From the IMG/VR virus record IMGVR_UViG_3300037963_005433, positions 58,173-78,172 of that record: a stretch of 20,000 bases of DNA. The stretch is one strand, 5' to 3'. Below, piece after piece: positions 8,996-16,951 of this stretch. The position numbers were made by a program, and so were the translations under genes. The notes below the pieces were generated by a model. It saw only the letters and a list, made by a program, of their open reading frames with translations. It did not search any database and was not told where the DNA came from. Source of the stretch: an uncultured virus (IMG/VR IMGVR_UViG_3300037963_005433). Its lineage: Duplodnaviria; Heunggongvirae; Uroviricota; Caudoviricetes. Numbering within the stretch: position 1 is the stretch's first letter; each line of letters starts with the position of its first letter.

Positions 8996-9035
8996 ATGGG
9001 ACTTACACAGCGTCTGCACCTGCGCTGATGCCCAT
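8996..9035 (-). ncRNA. Stem/internal-loop motif B, copy 1
   Basis: ATGGG-CAT-CAGCG…CGCTG-TGTAAGT-CCCAT. Confidence 0.55.
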
Positions 9036-9038
9036 CAA

Positions 9039-9506
9039 TCAATCCATATAATTACTTTCAATCCTCTCTACATAATGCATCGTTGCTTCTGCAATAAATA
9101 ATGAAATGTTTCCTTGATAATGTTCTTCATTTAGAAACGAAGCAGCTTCTCGAATTCTGTTTTGAAATTCTTCACTGAACTCAACCCCCACAACATCAGG
9201 CATAGCCCTTGGTGTGTAGTCGTTTTTGACATAAGCAGGATTGTCTTTCATCCATTGTTCTATTTCTACTCGTTTGAAATAAAGATTACGCCCGCTCTTC
9301 ATCAAAGGCTTTGGAAAGAGGCCAGCCCTCATCTTTCGATGGATTGTTTGTCTAGTCGTTCTGAGTTCATCCATAACCTCCGCCATGCTCCAACGTTCCT
9401 TGTCTTGTTTTGTTGCTATTGGTTTTGCTGGTTCAACAGAGTAGTTGCAGTTGCTTGACCATTCCTTTTCGTTAGCCAGGCGTTTTTTTGCTGCTTGAGG
9501 TGTCAT
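9039..9506 (-). CDS. AlpA/excisionase-like HTH DNA-binding protein
   Basis: WSMAEVMDELRTTRQTIHRKMRAGLFPKP…YFKRVEIEQWM; likely start MTPQAAKK at 9506. Confidence 0.75.
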   Translation of the reverse strand: MTPQAAKKRLANEKEWSSNCNYSVEPAKPIATKQDKERWSMAEVMDELRTTRQTIHRKMRAGLFPKPLMKSGRNLYFKRVEIEQWMKDNPAYVKNDYTPRAMPDVVGVEFSEEFQNRIREAASFLNEEHYQGNISLFIAEATMHYVERIESNYMD

Positions 9507-9510
9507 TGCA

Positions 9511-9524
9511 GTAGCGGTTGTTAC
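9511..9524. promoter_or_regulatory. Putative NtcA box
   Basis: GTA-GCGGTTGT-TAC (GTA-N8-TAC), 18 nt before a TAAGAT -10 element. Confidence 0.55.
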
Positions 9525-9542
9525 AAGTGTGTAAAGCAGGTG

Positions 9543-9548
9543 TAAGAT
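9543..9548 (+). promoter_or_regulatory. Putative sigma70-type -10 box
   Basis: TAAGAT 6 nt before the riboswitch 5' end. Confidence 0.5.
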
Positions 9549-9554
9549 AAAGGG

Positions 9555-9606
9555 ACGTTCACCTCTATCTTGGAGGCGCAACCAACTGATCCACGGAACG
9601 GGGGAC
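9555..9606 (+). ncRNA. Downstream-peptide RNA (glutamine-II riboswitch)
   Basis: CGTTCA-CCTC…GAGG-CGCA…CCACGGAACG-GGGG: P1 CGTTC/GAACG, P2 hairpin and G run, directly upstream of a DUF4278 ORF. Confidence 0.85.
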
Positions 9607-9627
9607 AGTCTTATGCGGAGAACCACA

Positions 9628-9774
9628 ATGAAACTCGTCTATCGCGGAGTTCCATACGAGCGTAAGGAAGCTTTTGCTAGCTACCTGTGTACTCAAAACC
9701 TTAAAGTCCAACGGGCTGAAGCGGAGAAAGAGCACGATCGTCGGAATAATAGCAAGAAAGAAATGATCGTTTGA
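9628..9774 (+). CDS. DUF4278 family small protein (48 aa)
   Basis: Not in the ORF track: MKLVYRGVPYERKEAF…; YRGVxY signature; GGAG SD upstream. Confidence 0.85.
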   Translation: MKLVYRGVPYERKEAFASYLCTQNLKVQRAEAEKEHDRRNNSKKEMIV

Positions 9775-9794
9775 CGATTGTTACACTGTTAGAT

Positions 9795-9820
9795 AGGCTG
9801 CCTTCGGGTGGCCTTTTTTT
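9795..9820 (+). terminator. Rho-independent terminator
   Basis: AGGCTGCC-TTCG-GGTGGCCT followed by a T tract. Confidence 0.85.
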
Positions 9821-9973
9821 ATGGACAAAGAAGAATTGAAAGAAAAGATCATTGGACTAATTGAACAAGACATTGAGGACGGCGAGGTGTTGCCTCACTA
9901 TGGTTTGATTGCGGATTGGAAGATTCGGTACATGGATCTAGCTAAGCTGATCTGGCAGTACCTCCACGTTTGA
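9821..9973 (+). CDS. Hypothetical protein (50 aa)
   Basis: Not in the ORF track: MDKEELKEKIIGLIEQDIEDGEVLPHYGLIADWKIRYMDLAKLIWQYLHV. Confidence 0.6.
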   Translation: MDKEELKEKIIGLIEQDIEDGEVLPHYGLIADWKIRYMDLAKLIWQYLHV

Positions 9974-9975
9974 AC

Positions 9976-10242
9976 ATGCTCACGTCATTTATTTCATTGG
10001 TATTGGCATCCGTAATGTGGGTACAGGTGCCGCAATGGGAGAATGACTGGTCCAAATGTGCAGTTGATGTACCTGATGTGGGTTGTCATTGGTACATCGT
10101 TAATCCTGACAATACCTTTGGTAAGGGATTTTCCTGGGAGAATGCCCCATGGTTCAGCGCCGAGGGTCTCCTTGATGTCTCAAAGTTGGAGAACACCATG
10201 TTGACCCTTCAGACATCTACTGATCAACAGGAACAATCGTAA
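9976..10242 (+). CDS. Secreted/membrane-anchored Trp-rich protein
   Basis: Hydrophobic N-terminus, two Cys, WVQVPQW…CHWYI…FSWENAPWF. Confidence 0.7.
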   Translation: MLTSFISLVLASVMWVQVPQWENDWSKCAVDVPDVGCHWYIVNPDNTFGKGFSWENAPWFSAEGLLDVSKLENTMLTLQTSTDQQEQS

Positions 10243-10474
10243 TCTGCTTACGCTTTATACTTTTGTTACCCCAGCGAGGTATGCGAATGCAGTACTTAGC
10301 TGTGTTGATGATGTGTTCTGGGTACTGACAAGTCCACCACCGCCATTGACAGTCGTCGCATTCTCTGTGACGAACAATGCGACCATCTTCGCTGTAGTAG
10401 GTGTTCTTGACGCGATTTGTTTCCCAACCACACTTAGGACAAGGTGGTACAGGATAATTAACGCGTGCTGCCAT
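10217..10474 (-). CDS. Zinc-ribbon protein (NrdR N-terminal-like)
   Basis: CPKCG…RVKNT…IVRHRECDDCQWRWWT. Confidence 0.7.
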   Translation of the reverse strand: MAARVNYPVPPCPKCGWETNRVKNTYYSEDGRIVRHRECDDCQWRWWTCQYPEHIINTAKYCIRIPRWGNKSIKRKQITIVPVDQ

Positions 10475-10497
10475 GATGTTTAGAAAGTGTTGAGCCG

Positions 10498-10833
10498 TTA
10501 AGCGACACGGTTGTAGTCGTCATCAAGACGTTCAATGTCGGTCTCAGAGAGATGAGCGCCGCGTTGAACCTCGATGATGCCAAGTCCCTCTGGGCCTGCT
10601 TCTGCACGATGTACGGCATTCTCAGGCACAAAGAGCGTGGTCCCTGGAGCAGCTGGAGTAACTGTGTTACCGCAGGTAAGTTTACCGGATCCTTGGACGA
10701 TTACCCAATTCTCAGAGCGATGCCAATGGCGTTGCAGACTGATGCGTTGGTTCGGATGAATCCAAATCTTTTTAACTAAGAAACCTTCACCTGTTTTGAT
10801 AGTTTCAAAGTATCCCCAAGGACGTTTTTCCAT
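10498..10833 (-). CDS. Cupin, type II mannose-6-phosphate isomerase C-terminal domain
   Basis: RPWGYF…ISLQRHWHRSENW…HR…IIEVQRG…ETDIERLDDDYNR. Confidence 0.9.
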   Translation of the reverse strand: MEKRPWGYFETIKTGEGFLVKKIWIHPNQRISLQRHWHRSENWVIVQGSGKLTCGNTVTPAAPGTTLFVPENAVHRAEAGPEGLGIIEVQRGAHLSETDIERLDDDYNRVA

Positions 10834-11138
10834 TACAGCTTTACATCGCTGTAATAATTATCCATGGTGTTGCGATAATCATCAACAACCTTTTCAATGT
10901 TTTCAGCAGCACAAAGGCGCATCTGATCTACTTCAACAGGTTGTTGGAGATGATCCCATTTGACTTGAATAAATTTCCGACGACGTGTACCAGTCCTGGT
11001 CTTCTGAGTTTTAAGAATCAGATCAGTGACGGTACCAAAGCGTTGACCCATGTTGATCGAAGTCATTTTGGGTTTGTCTGCAACGCGTTCACCCACTTGG
11101 AAACGGAAAGTGGGGTCAAATTTTTCTTGACTAGGCAT
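10833..11138 (-). CDS. Hypothetical protein (SH3/KOW-like beta barrel)
   Basis: FQVGERV…FGTVTD…IQVKWD pattern. Confidence 0.65.
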   Translation of the reverse strand: MPSQEKFDPTFRFQVGERVADKPKMTSINMGQRFGTVTDLILKTQKTRTGTRRRKFIQVKWDHLQQPVEVDQMRLCAAENIEKVVDDYRNTMDNYYSDVKL

Positions 11139-11451
11139 TGGTTTGAGGAATGGTGTCGAGCTTGAGGCCTTCTAAGGTGTACAACGTTTCTGTTGTACCA
11201 AGGATGCGGAATGCATCTTCAATCAGTTCATAGTTTTTGGCGTCATTGTCGTAGTACTCATTGAGAATCAGTTCAGCCTGCTCGAAGCCTCCTGGGTCAC
11301 CAGTGAGCTTGGTCAGGACGATACTGGACATGTTGTCCGTAAATAACTCTGAGAGTTTCTTACGAACAACAGGCCAGGTCCATGATGGGACAAGATCTAG
11401 AACTTGGTGAACAAGTTGAAGATCTGTTAATTCAGACTCGTTTGAAATCAT
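11131..11451 (-). CDS. Hypothetical protein
   Basis: Likely start MISNESEL at 11451. Confidence 0.65.
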   Translation of the reverse strand: MISNESELTDLQLVHQVLDLVPSWTWPVVRKKLSELFTDNMSSIVLTKLTGDPGGFEQAELILNEYYDNDAKNYELIEDAFRILGTTETLYTLEGLKLDTIPQTNA

Positions 11452-11452
11452 G

Positions 11453-11476
11453 AAAAAACCCCGGGTGTACCGGGGT
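11453..11476 (-). terminator. Terminator-like hairpin
   Basis: ACCCCGG-TACAC-CCGGGGT followed by a T tract. Confidence 0.75.
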
Positions 11477-11497
11477 CGATGCTCTCCCCGTGCCAGG

Positions 11498-11857
11498 TTA
11501 GGCAGGGGTTGCTTCAGTTTCAACTACTTCTTCAAGCATTCCTGACTCTTTGAGTTTGTCGAGCATGGCAACCATGATGTTGGCATTCTCTTGGGTCTTT
11601 TCCATAAAGTGTTTGGCACGTTCTGCAGTGATGCTGTGAACGCAGCCGTTCTCTTCGACGAAGACCCATGAGCCATCTGGTTGTGGCTTGCCCTTCTCCA
11701 GTGCCCAACGTTCGCAGTTGCGAATGTATTGGATCTGGAGATTGTGTGAGTCAGTCAGACCACGGTCGTCGATCCAGGTGAGGCCGACGTTGTAGCGAGT
11801 GTCTTCGTCTTTGAAGCAATGAGGCTGGGGAAGAAACTGTTTGAAAGCTCCTAGCAT
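11498..11857 (-). CDS. Hypothetical protein
   Basis: Start MLGAFKQF at 11857; the longer ORF-track start lies inside the tRNA. Confidence 0.7.
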   Translation of the reverse strand: MLGAFKQFLPQPHCFKDEDTRYNVGLTWIDDRGLTDSHNLQIQYIRNCERWALEKGKPQPDGSWVFVEENGCVHSITAERAKHFMEKTQENANIMVAMLDKLKESGMLEEVVETEATPA

Positions 11858-11877
11858 TGTCTTGTGTAGGTTTGGTT

Positions 11878-11966
11878 TGGTGAGAGTGGTGGGACTTGAA
11901 CCCACATAGCCATTACTGACTGACAGATTTTAAGTCTGTTGCGTCTACCAATTCCGCCACACTCTC
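11878..11966 (-). tRNA. tRNA-Leu(UAA)
   Basis: GAGAGTG acceptor stem, D arm GCGGAATTGGTAGACGC, anticodon arm ACAGA-CTTAAAA-TCTGT, long variable arm, GGTTCAAGTCC T loop, encoded CCA; no intron. Confidence 0.95.
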
Positions 11967-12001
11967 AGAAAGCCCAGGAGTTCCACCTTACCTGGGCGAG
12001 T

Positions 12002-12052
12002 CTAGGACTTACACCATCACCGCCCCATGACTAGGAAATGATGGATGCCCAG
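12002..12052 (-). ncRNA. Stem/internal-loop motif B, copy 2
   Basis: CTGGG-CAT-CCATCA…TGATGG-TGTAAGT-CCTAG. Confidence 0.55.
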
Positions 12053-12056
12053 TTGA

Positions 12057-13823
12057 TCAGGACTTTAGTTCGTCCTCACGGATTTTCAATGCTTTCTTGA
12101 AAACATCTTCAACATCCGCACGCTCTTGATCATTGAGACGTGCATTGCCAACATCTGCAATTTGATTGACAGTCATAACACCATTGTCAACAGTTAGTTG
12201 GATGGTGTAACGAGGCTTGTTGTCGATCATGCACAAGATGATGAGGTGTTTCATCTTCTTGATTCCTTCTGCATAACCATGTCCACCACCAACGCAGTTA
12301 CGTACGGCACGGCCCCACGCAGCAAGTTGGTGTGTGTCATGTGGTTGGAAGAATGAATACACAGAGTCAGTATTGAGGTAAAGACTCTTTGTATCCTTCA
12401 CTTTGATGGGTGTAGGAAACAGCTTTTGTGGTAGATCAATGTTGGGGTTACTGATCTTCCAGGTCTCTGCCATGAGATGGTCATGCCATTCCTGGAGACG
12501 CCAACGCTTTGGCTTGATGTTGTCAATCCGACCGGCTGCAATGCATTGGGTCAGCATCTGATATGTGTCACGCCAAAGGCTGAAGTAAACATGTTTGTTG
12601 CCTGTTTTGGAATCTTCCCTAGCCCAATCCTTTTCTTCTAGTTCATGCTTGTAGTGCATGTGAAGCATGTTCAGGAATGATTCAACAGGCAGGTTGTCAC
12701 GCATCCACTGATAGCCAGTTTCAGTGTGGTAACCAGGAAGTTCACAACGACAAAGCCAGTCATACCTGGAATGAAGCAGGTTGAGATCCATGTCTTCATA
12801 GATAGGTTTGATGGATAACATTGAGTCAATAAATTGATACAGGATTGCGTAAGGTTTGACAAGAGCCTCACGGTTGTACCTGAGTAATGCTGTTTGTTCT
12901 TCGTGGATGGCGTAGGTATCTTTCATAGACTGTGCCACTTTGGATCTAAACCATTTGGCATCCCATACTTCTTGTACACAAGAATGACGCCAACGTCTAC
13001 GAAATACGTTCAGAATGGTGTCAAGATCATGAACATAATCATCTGTATGATTTGCCCACCTAGGCCTGGAATAATACCCCTGCATAATGTTGATGAACTT
13101 ACAGTTCTCTGGGTTCATTCGTGCGAAAGAGCTGTCATTACCACCAGTAAATGTAGGAATAGTTTTAAACAACTGTGCTGACCATTTAGTAAGCACTTTG
13201 GATAGTTCATAGGTGGCACCGTAATTACAGATGTTGTGATTCTCAGTTACTTTTCTCCAATAGTCGGTTGTAAAACCATCAGCAAAGTCATCTTTGGTAA
13301 AGAACAAAGTCTTGCGATACCAAAACGTACGGCCATCTTTAATGCGTGGAAGCATGTCATCCTGGCTGCCATATAAATGATCAAACATAGCTGTAGTGGA
13401 ATGTAATTTTGATATAAACTTTTGATCACATTGTTTACGTGCTGCAGCTGTATCTTTGAAGGTAAAGCTAAGGCCATAGACATAGCCATCATCTTTACGT
13501 CGTGGTATCCATGCAGCAACCCACAGTTGTTTGTAGTAGTAAACAACTGCGACAGGCTGAGGATCCTCACCAAAGACAGGCTTGGTGATTAGGTGTACTT
13601 TCCCTTGTTTGACAGACTTTGAATTGATGATGTCAACAACTTCGTTCCAAGTTCTGTCGTTGACGACATCAGATGGGATAAGGTTCGAGGGCCTGCCGTT
13701 GGGATGTGTGTTCTTCTTTTTGGCTTTGCGATCTTCTGCAGCCATGACAGCTGCAAGTTTCTTGCGGGTTTGGTCATAGCCTGCAACTTCAAGTGCAAGC
13801 TGATCGGGGAGATTGAAATGCAT
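12057..13823 (-). CDS. PcfJ-like domain protein
   Basis: C-terminal WHDHL…QPHDTHQLAAWGRAVRNCVGG…YTIQL…QIADVGN matches the PcfJ pattern. Confidence 0.75.
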   Translation of the reverse strand: MHFNLPDQLALEVAGYDQTRKKLAAVMAAEDRKAKKKNTHPNGRPSNLIPSDVVNDRTWNEVVDIINSKSVKQGKVHLITKPVFGEDPQPVAVVYYYKQLWVAAWIPRRKDDGYVYGLSFTFKDTAAARKQCDQKFISKLHSTTAMFDHLYGSQDDMLPRIKDGRTFWYRKTLFFTKDDFADGFTTDYWRKVTENHNICNYGATYELSKVLTKWSAQLFKTIPTFTGGNDSSFARMNPENCKFINIMQGYYSRPRWANHTDDYVHDLDTILNVFRRRWRHSCVQEVWDAKWFRSKVAQSMKDTYAIHEEQTALLRYNREALVKPYAILYQFIDSMLSIKPIYEDMDLNLLHSRYDWLCRCELPGYHTETGYQWMRDNLPVESFLNMLHMHYKHELEEKDWAREDSKTGNKHVYFSLWRDTYQMLTQCIAAGRIDNIKPKRWRLQEWHDHLMAETWKISNPNIDLPQKLFPTPIKVKDTKSLYLNTDSVYSFFQPHDTHQLAAWGRAVRNCVGGGHGYAEGIKKMKHLIILCMIDNKPRYTIQLTVDNGVMTVNQIADVGNARLNDQERADVEDVFKKALKIREDELKS

Positions 13824-13846
13824 GATGTTGTGTAGGTATGGGGAGT

Positions 13847-13873
13847 AAGAAGTTTAACGTCATACTTAGGACG
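13847..13873 (-). ncRNA. Pseudoknot motif, copy 4
   Basis: CGTC-CTAAGTAT-GACG-TTAAA-CTTCTT. Confidence 0.7.
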
Positions 13874-13875
13874 AG

Positions 13876-14526
13876 TTAGGTTTTAGTCTTGAACAGTTGC
13901 GCAAATGTTGGAACCTTTGGCTTCTTTCCACGTGGTGCTTTGTTTACTGCTTTACTATTCACACGTGCATGCCTTAAAAATTTTTTTACAACTGACAAAG
14001 TTTCGTTGTGTGTTTGTTCAAGAGTATTCAGACGTAATTGGTTTTTACTTGCACGTGTAACTATGTCCTCCAGAAACTCTGCGTAAGCTTTCCAATTGCC
14101 ATCTTTTGGTTTACCCTGTTGAATTTTCCAATAGGTAGGTACGTCTACTTGAGGCCAAATTCTTATGCCATAGTCAATTGATCCGTCTTTACGTACATAC
14201 CGATATGGAGTGCCTTGAAATAAAACTTTTTCATAATGACCCATCGCTTGAAAACGTGGGTCTTTTGCTTTACGTCCATTTTCTAAACTAAGAACTTCCT
14301 CCGGCTCAAGCTGATGTTTGATCCAAACATGATCAATGTGCCATTTTTGACATTGAGGTACTGTTTTATCAGGAGCAAGATGTGTAAGTTTAGCGTTTAT
14401 TAGTAATACATCTAAATAACCATCGTCACCATTGCTTTTGATTTCTTTAACAAAACCTTGGATATCAACAATTTCACCCATCAAATCTTTAAGGGGTTTT
14501 CTGATAGTTCTTGGTTTGTGTTGCAT
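13876..14526 (-). CDS. Hypothetical basic protein
   Basis: Likely start MQHKPR at 14526; DHVWI and YRYVRKDGSIDYGI motifs; AT-rich. Confidence 0.7.
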   Translation of the reverse strand: MQHKPRTIRKPLKDLMGEIVDIQGFVKEIKSNGDDGYLDVLLINAKLTHLAPDKTVPQCQKWHIDHVWIKHQLEPEEVLSLENGRKAKDPRFQAMGHYEKVLFQGTPYRYVRKDGSIDYGIRIWPQVDVPTYWKIQQGKPKDGNWKAYAEFLEDIVTRASKNQLRLNTLEQTHNETLSVVKKFLRHARVNSKAVNKAPRGKKPKVPTFAQLFKTKT

Positions 14527-14557
14527 TGAAATACATAAAGTCAAAGGTATAAAAAAA

Positions 14558-14584
14558 GGGCAGTTTAGTGTCATGCCCAGGACA
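14558..14584 (-). ncRNA. Pseudoknot motif, copy 5
   Basis: TGTC-CTGGGCAT-GACA-CTAAA-CTGCCC followed by T7. Confidence 0.75.
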
Positions 14585-14590
14585 TTTGAG

Positions 14591-14848
14591 TCAGTCTAGA
14601 TACCGATCGGATGTGTCAATGACTTCCCAGTTAAGGTCAAGATCATCAACATAACGGAGGAAAGCATCTCCATGGTGGGGGAATGGTACCTCTGGATCAA
14701 TTGCAAAGCTTGCTTCGCATAGTGCCGGACCGTATTCAGCAGGTTCAAGCATAGTTTGTGCATGGACAAGAACCATGTCTTCAACCGTTGCTTCCACATA
14801 GACACGTTGATCGTCAAAGGTAGTTTCATGGATTGAAATGACAGCCAT
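14591..14848 (-). CDS. Hypothetical acidic protein
   Basis: 85 aa; TAATG coupling with the upstream gene. Confidence 0.75.
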   Translation of the reverse strand: MAVISIHETTFDDQRVYVEATVEDMVLVHAQTMLEPAEYGPALCEASFAIDPEVPFPHHGDAFLRYVDDLDLNWEVIDTSDRYLD

Positions 14849-15111
14849 TAGTTGATCTGTTTGCGAACGGTCAGATGTTTGACCATGGCGTAACCCATGG
14901 AATGAATCGATGAATCCTTTGATGCAAAGATCCCATTGGGACCATACTCCTCAAAGTATTCTTCGAAGGCATCAATGATGCGTTGCCTGTTGCTCATGTC
15001 TGCAGTTCTGTATGCAGCCATAAGTTTTTGAGCAAAGCCACCACCGTAGGTTTCAATGCGTTGAACAGTTGCTTCGATCGTTGGATCGGTAGGTGTGAGC
15101 TTGTTGAGCAT
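14848..15111 (-). CDS. Hypothetical phage protein
   Basis: YGGGFAQKLMAAYRTADMSNRQRIIDAF motif. Confidence 0.75.
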   Translation of the reverse strand: MLNKLTPTDPTIEATVQRIETYGGGFAQKLMAAYRTADMSNRQRIIDAFEEYFEEYGPNGIFASKDSSIHSMGYAMVKHLTVRKQIN

Positions 15112-15119
15112 GAGTTGAT

Positions 15120-15320
15120 TTAGAACAGTTTGATGTTGCGCTTGGACAGGCCAGTGCCCGGGATTCCAACGGAACCACGGATACCAGACCCACGGGCATT
15201 CATTGTGAACAAGAATGGTCCAAGCTTGATTGATTTGCTGAATGACTTCACACCACGTTCAGTGATGTTGAAGCCACCGACAGTTTTGTCGAAGTTGAAT
15301 GCGCTGCGTTTGCGTGTCAT
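15120..15320 (-). CDS. DUF4236-like protein
   Basis: FSKSIKLGP…SVGIPGTGLS. Confidence 0.65.
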   Translation of the reverse strand: MTRKRSAFNFDKTVGGFNITERGVKSFSKSIKLGPFLFTMNARGSGIRGSVGIPGTGLSKRNIKLF

Positions 15321-15538
15321 TGTTTGTCAGGATTGAGAGCGTCAGGCAGGATGTACCTTGGATCATCCTTTTCCATGTTCGACATAACGAACACTTCTCC
15401 TGTATTTGGATCAAGGAATCCACCGATAAATCCTGCGCCGCAAGAGTCAGCTTTTTCCCTGAGTTGTGCAGTGAGCTGCATCATGCGCAGCTTGGTGGAT
15501 TGTGGAGTGTTGTCCGGTACAGCAGGCTGGTTTGGCAT
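15317..15538 (-). CDS. Hypothetical protein
   Basis: Likely start MPNQPAV at 15538; ATGA overlap with the next gene. Confidence 0.65.
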   Translation of the reverse strand: MPNQPAVPDNTPQSTKLRMMQLTAQLREKADSCGAGFIGGFLDPNTGEVFVMSNMEKDDPRYILPDALNPDKQ

Positions 15539-15664
15539 AGTGAAATCAGGTGTAGGAATGGTGAATGAATGAGCAGTGTAGGCGGTGGTTTCACCGATGA
15601 TTAACATAGGACTTCAGCTTTTCTTAAGGATGCCGAAGACAAAGGTCCCGACATCCCAAGGTAT

Positions 15665-15907
15665 CTACTTGTAATGCAGTTGTCTAGTCCTGTAATCCAA
15701 GACGCTTTCCGTCCATGTGGAATCAGGATGATCGAGGACAGCACGGCGGGCTTTTTCGACGGCCTCTTCTGTGCCATCGTGATATAACATCAGTGAAACA
15801 GCAGTGTCTAGGTCTGCGAGCAGATGTGAGACAGCATTTGGAAGTCCACGGGGTATAGGCCTACCTTTCTGTTCGTAATACTCAATGATGTAATCAGGAT
15901 AATCCAT
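15665..15907 (-). CDS. Hypothetical protein
   Basis: 80-aa ORF. Confidence 0.65.
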   Translation of the reverse strand: MDYPDYIIEYYEQKGRPIPRGLPNAVSHLLADLDTAVSLMLYHDGTEEAVEKARRAVLDHPDSTWTESVLDYRTRQLHYK

Positions 15908-15932
15908 GAGATGAAGAAGAAAGATTGAAGGG

Positions 15933-16136
15933 TTACCTATAAGAACTAAAAGATATCTTGGTACTCCCCTTGCGGGGGTCCGGGGGGATCAATGGTTCTA
16001 CAACGAGTGCTCTATCGAGCAAACCCATGTTCTTACCTGTAATATCTATTTGTGCTGCAAGGTGCCTTGCAAATGCACCACGTCTTTTTGGCTTGAAGAC
16101 TGACTTCTTGGGTTTGTTGCCATTGTGACGTCCCAT
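15933..16136 (-). CDS. Small basic hypothetical protein
   Basis: Start MGRHNG coupled by TGATG overlap. Confidence 0.55.
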   Translation of the reverse strand: MGRHNGNKPKKSVFKPKRRGAFARHLAAQIDITGKNMGLLDRALVVEPLIPPDPRKGSTKISFSSYR

Positions 16137-16492
16137 CAAATTAAAGCGAGGATGGTCAACCAACTATCGGGGTGGTCAGGTTCGACTTCATCTTCTGCCG
16201 GTGTTAGGCAGGTTGAATCGAGTGCCCACTCCTCGATTTCTCCGTTGGAAGGGACAGGGTACCATCCTTCGAGGGAGTCCTCGACTTCTTCTGGTTTCCA
16301 GTAACACTGGAGTTTGCCACCCGGGTCTTTGAAGACGCAGCCCGTGATCGGGTGCGTGTCTTCGTCTTCTTGGTTGTAGAGGTTTGGGTTGTAGTTGACT
16401 TCTGCAGGGAACTGCTCTTGGCACTCCTCTTCGGTGAAGGGGACGTAGCCGGTGAGTTCGTCTGCAATGCGTTTGGTTTCTGGATGAAGCAT
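16136..16492 (-). CDS. Acidic hypothetical phage protein
   Basis: C-terminal EIEEWALDSTCLTP…VEPDHPDSWLTILALI. Confidence 0.7.
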   Translation of the reverse strand: MLHPETKRIADELTGYVPFTEEECQEQFPAEVNYNPNLYNQEDEDTHPITGCVFKDPGGKLQCYWKPEEVEDSLEGWYPVPSNGEIEEWALDSTCLTPAEDEVEPDHPDSWLTILALI

Positions 16493-16581
16493 GAGATCAA
16501 CTCCGTGATGATGATTGAGATGATGACAATGATGTGCAGGATGACATCATCGTGTGTGTCAGTTGTGCTTTTAGTGGTCAT
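16204..16581 (-). CDS. Membrane-anchored S/T/K-rich protein overlapping 16136..16492
   Basis: GGAGGT SD upstream of ATG; TM segment VILHIIVIISIIITELISCF. Confidence 0.45.
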   Translation of the reverse strand: MTTKSTTDTHDDVILHIIVIISIIITELISCFIQKPNALQTNSPATSPSPKRSAKSSSLQKSTTTQTSTTKKTKTRTRSRAASSKTRVANSSVTGNQKKSRTPSKDGTLSLPTEKSRSGHSIQPA

Positions 16582-16774
16582 AGCACCTCCGAGTCCAGTT
16601 ACGAAGAGTACCTATTAAAGAACAGTAGTTCTTGTAGTCTTCTTTCTTCGATAGCTGGACGCTTGTTTCATCTTGAAAAGCAGATACTGCTGATGCAACA
16701 CAGTACAAAATCATTTGAAGTTCTTGTTCTGTTAACAAGATCTTGTGGTAGCGGTCAGCTGTGGTAGTCGGCAT
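16571..16774 (-). CDS. Hypothetical protein
   Basis: Start MPTTTAD at 16774 with GGAGG SD. Confidence 0.6.
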   Translation of the reverse strand: MPTTTADRYHKILLTEQELQMILYCVASAVSAFQDETSVQLSKKEDYKNYCSLIGTLRNWTRRCYDH

Positions 16775-16928
16775 CGCCTGCCACCTCCTCTGACATGAGT
16801 TCTTGCATGAGCTGTTCTTGCTCGTTGGCAATGTCGTTAAGAACGAATTGCTGGTCTTGGGTGTACTCAGTTTTGACAGCATCGTTGAGGCGTTGCTGAT
16901 TGAGTAGCCAGGTCTTGATTAGTGACAT
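16755..16928 (-). CDS. Hypothetical protein (57 aa)
   Basis: Not in the ORF track: MSLIKTWLLNQQRLNDAVKTEY…. Confidence 0.65.
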   Translation of the reverse strand: MSLIKTWLLNQQRLNDAVKTEYTQDQQFVLNDIANEQEQLMQELMSEEVAGDADYHS

Positions 16929-16951
16929 GATTTGAAATGGTGTAGGTCAAT

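Noticed and set aside
9507..9626. N-terminal extension of the AlpA-like ORF
   Set aside because: Overlaps the riboswitch and promoter on the opposite strand; ATG at 9506 is more plausible
11878..11966. tRNA as an attachment site or intron-containing tRNA-Leu
   Set aside because: No integrase, duplicated 3' end or intron in the window
11967..12056. manA or wcaG RNA next to the tRNA
   Set aside because: Interval looks too short for manA and I do not recognise either consensus; needs cmscan to exclude
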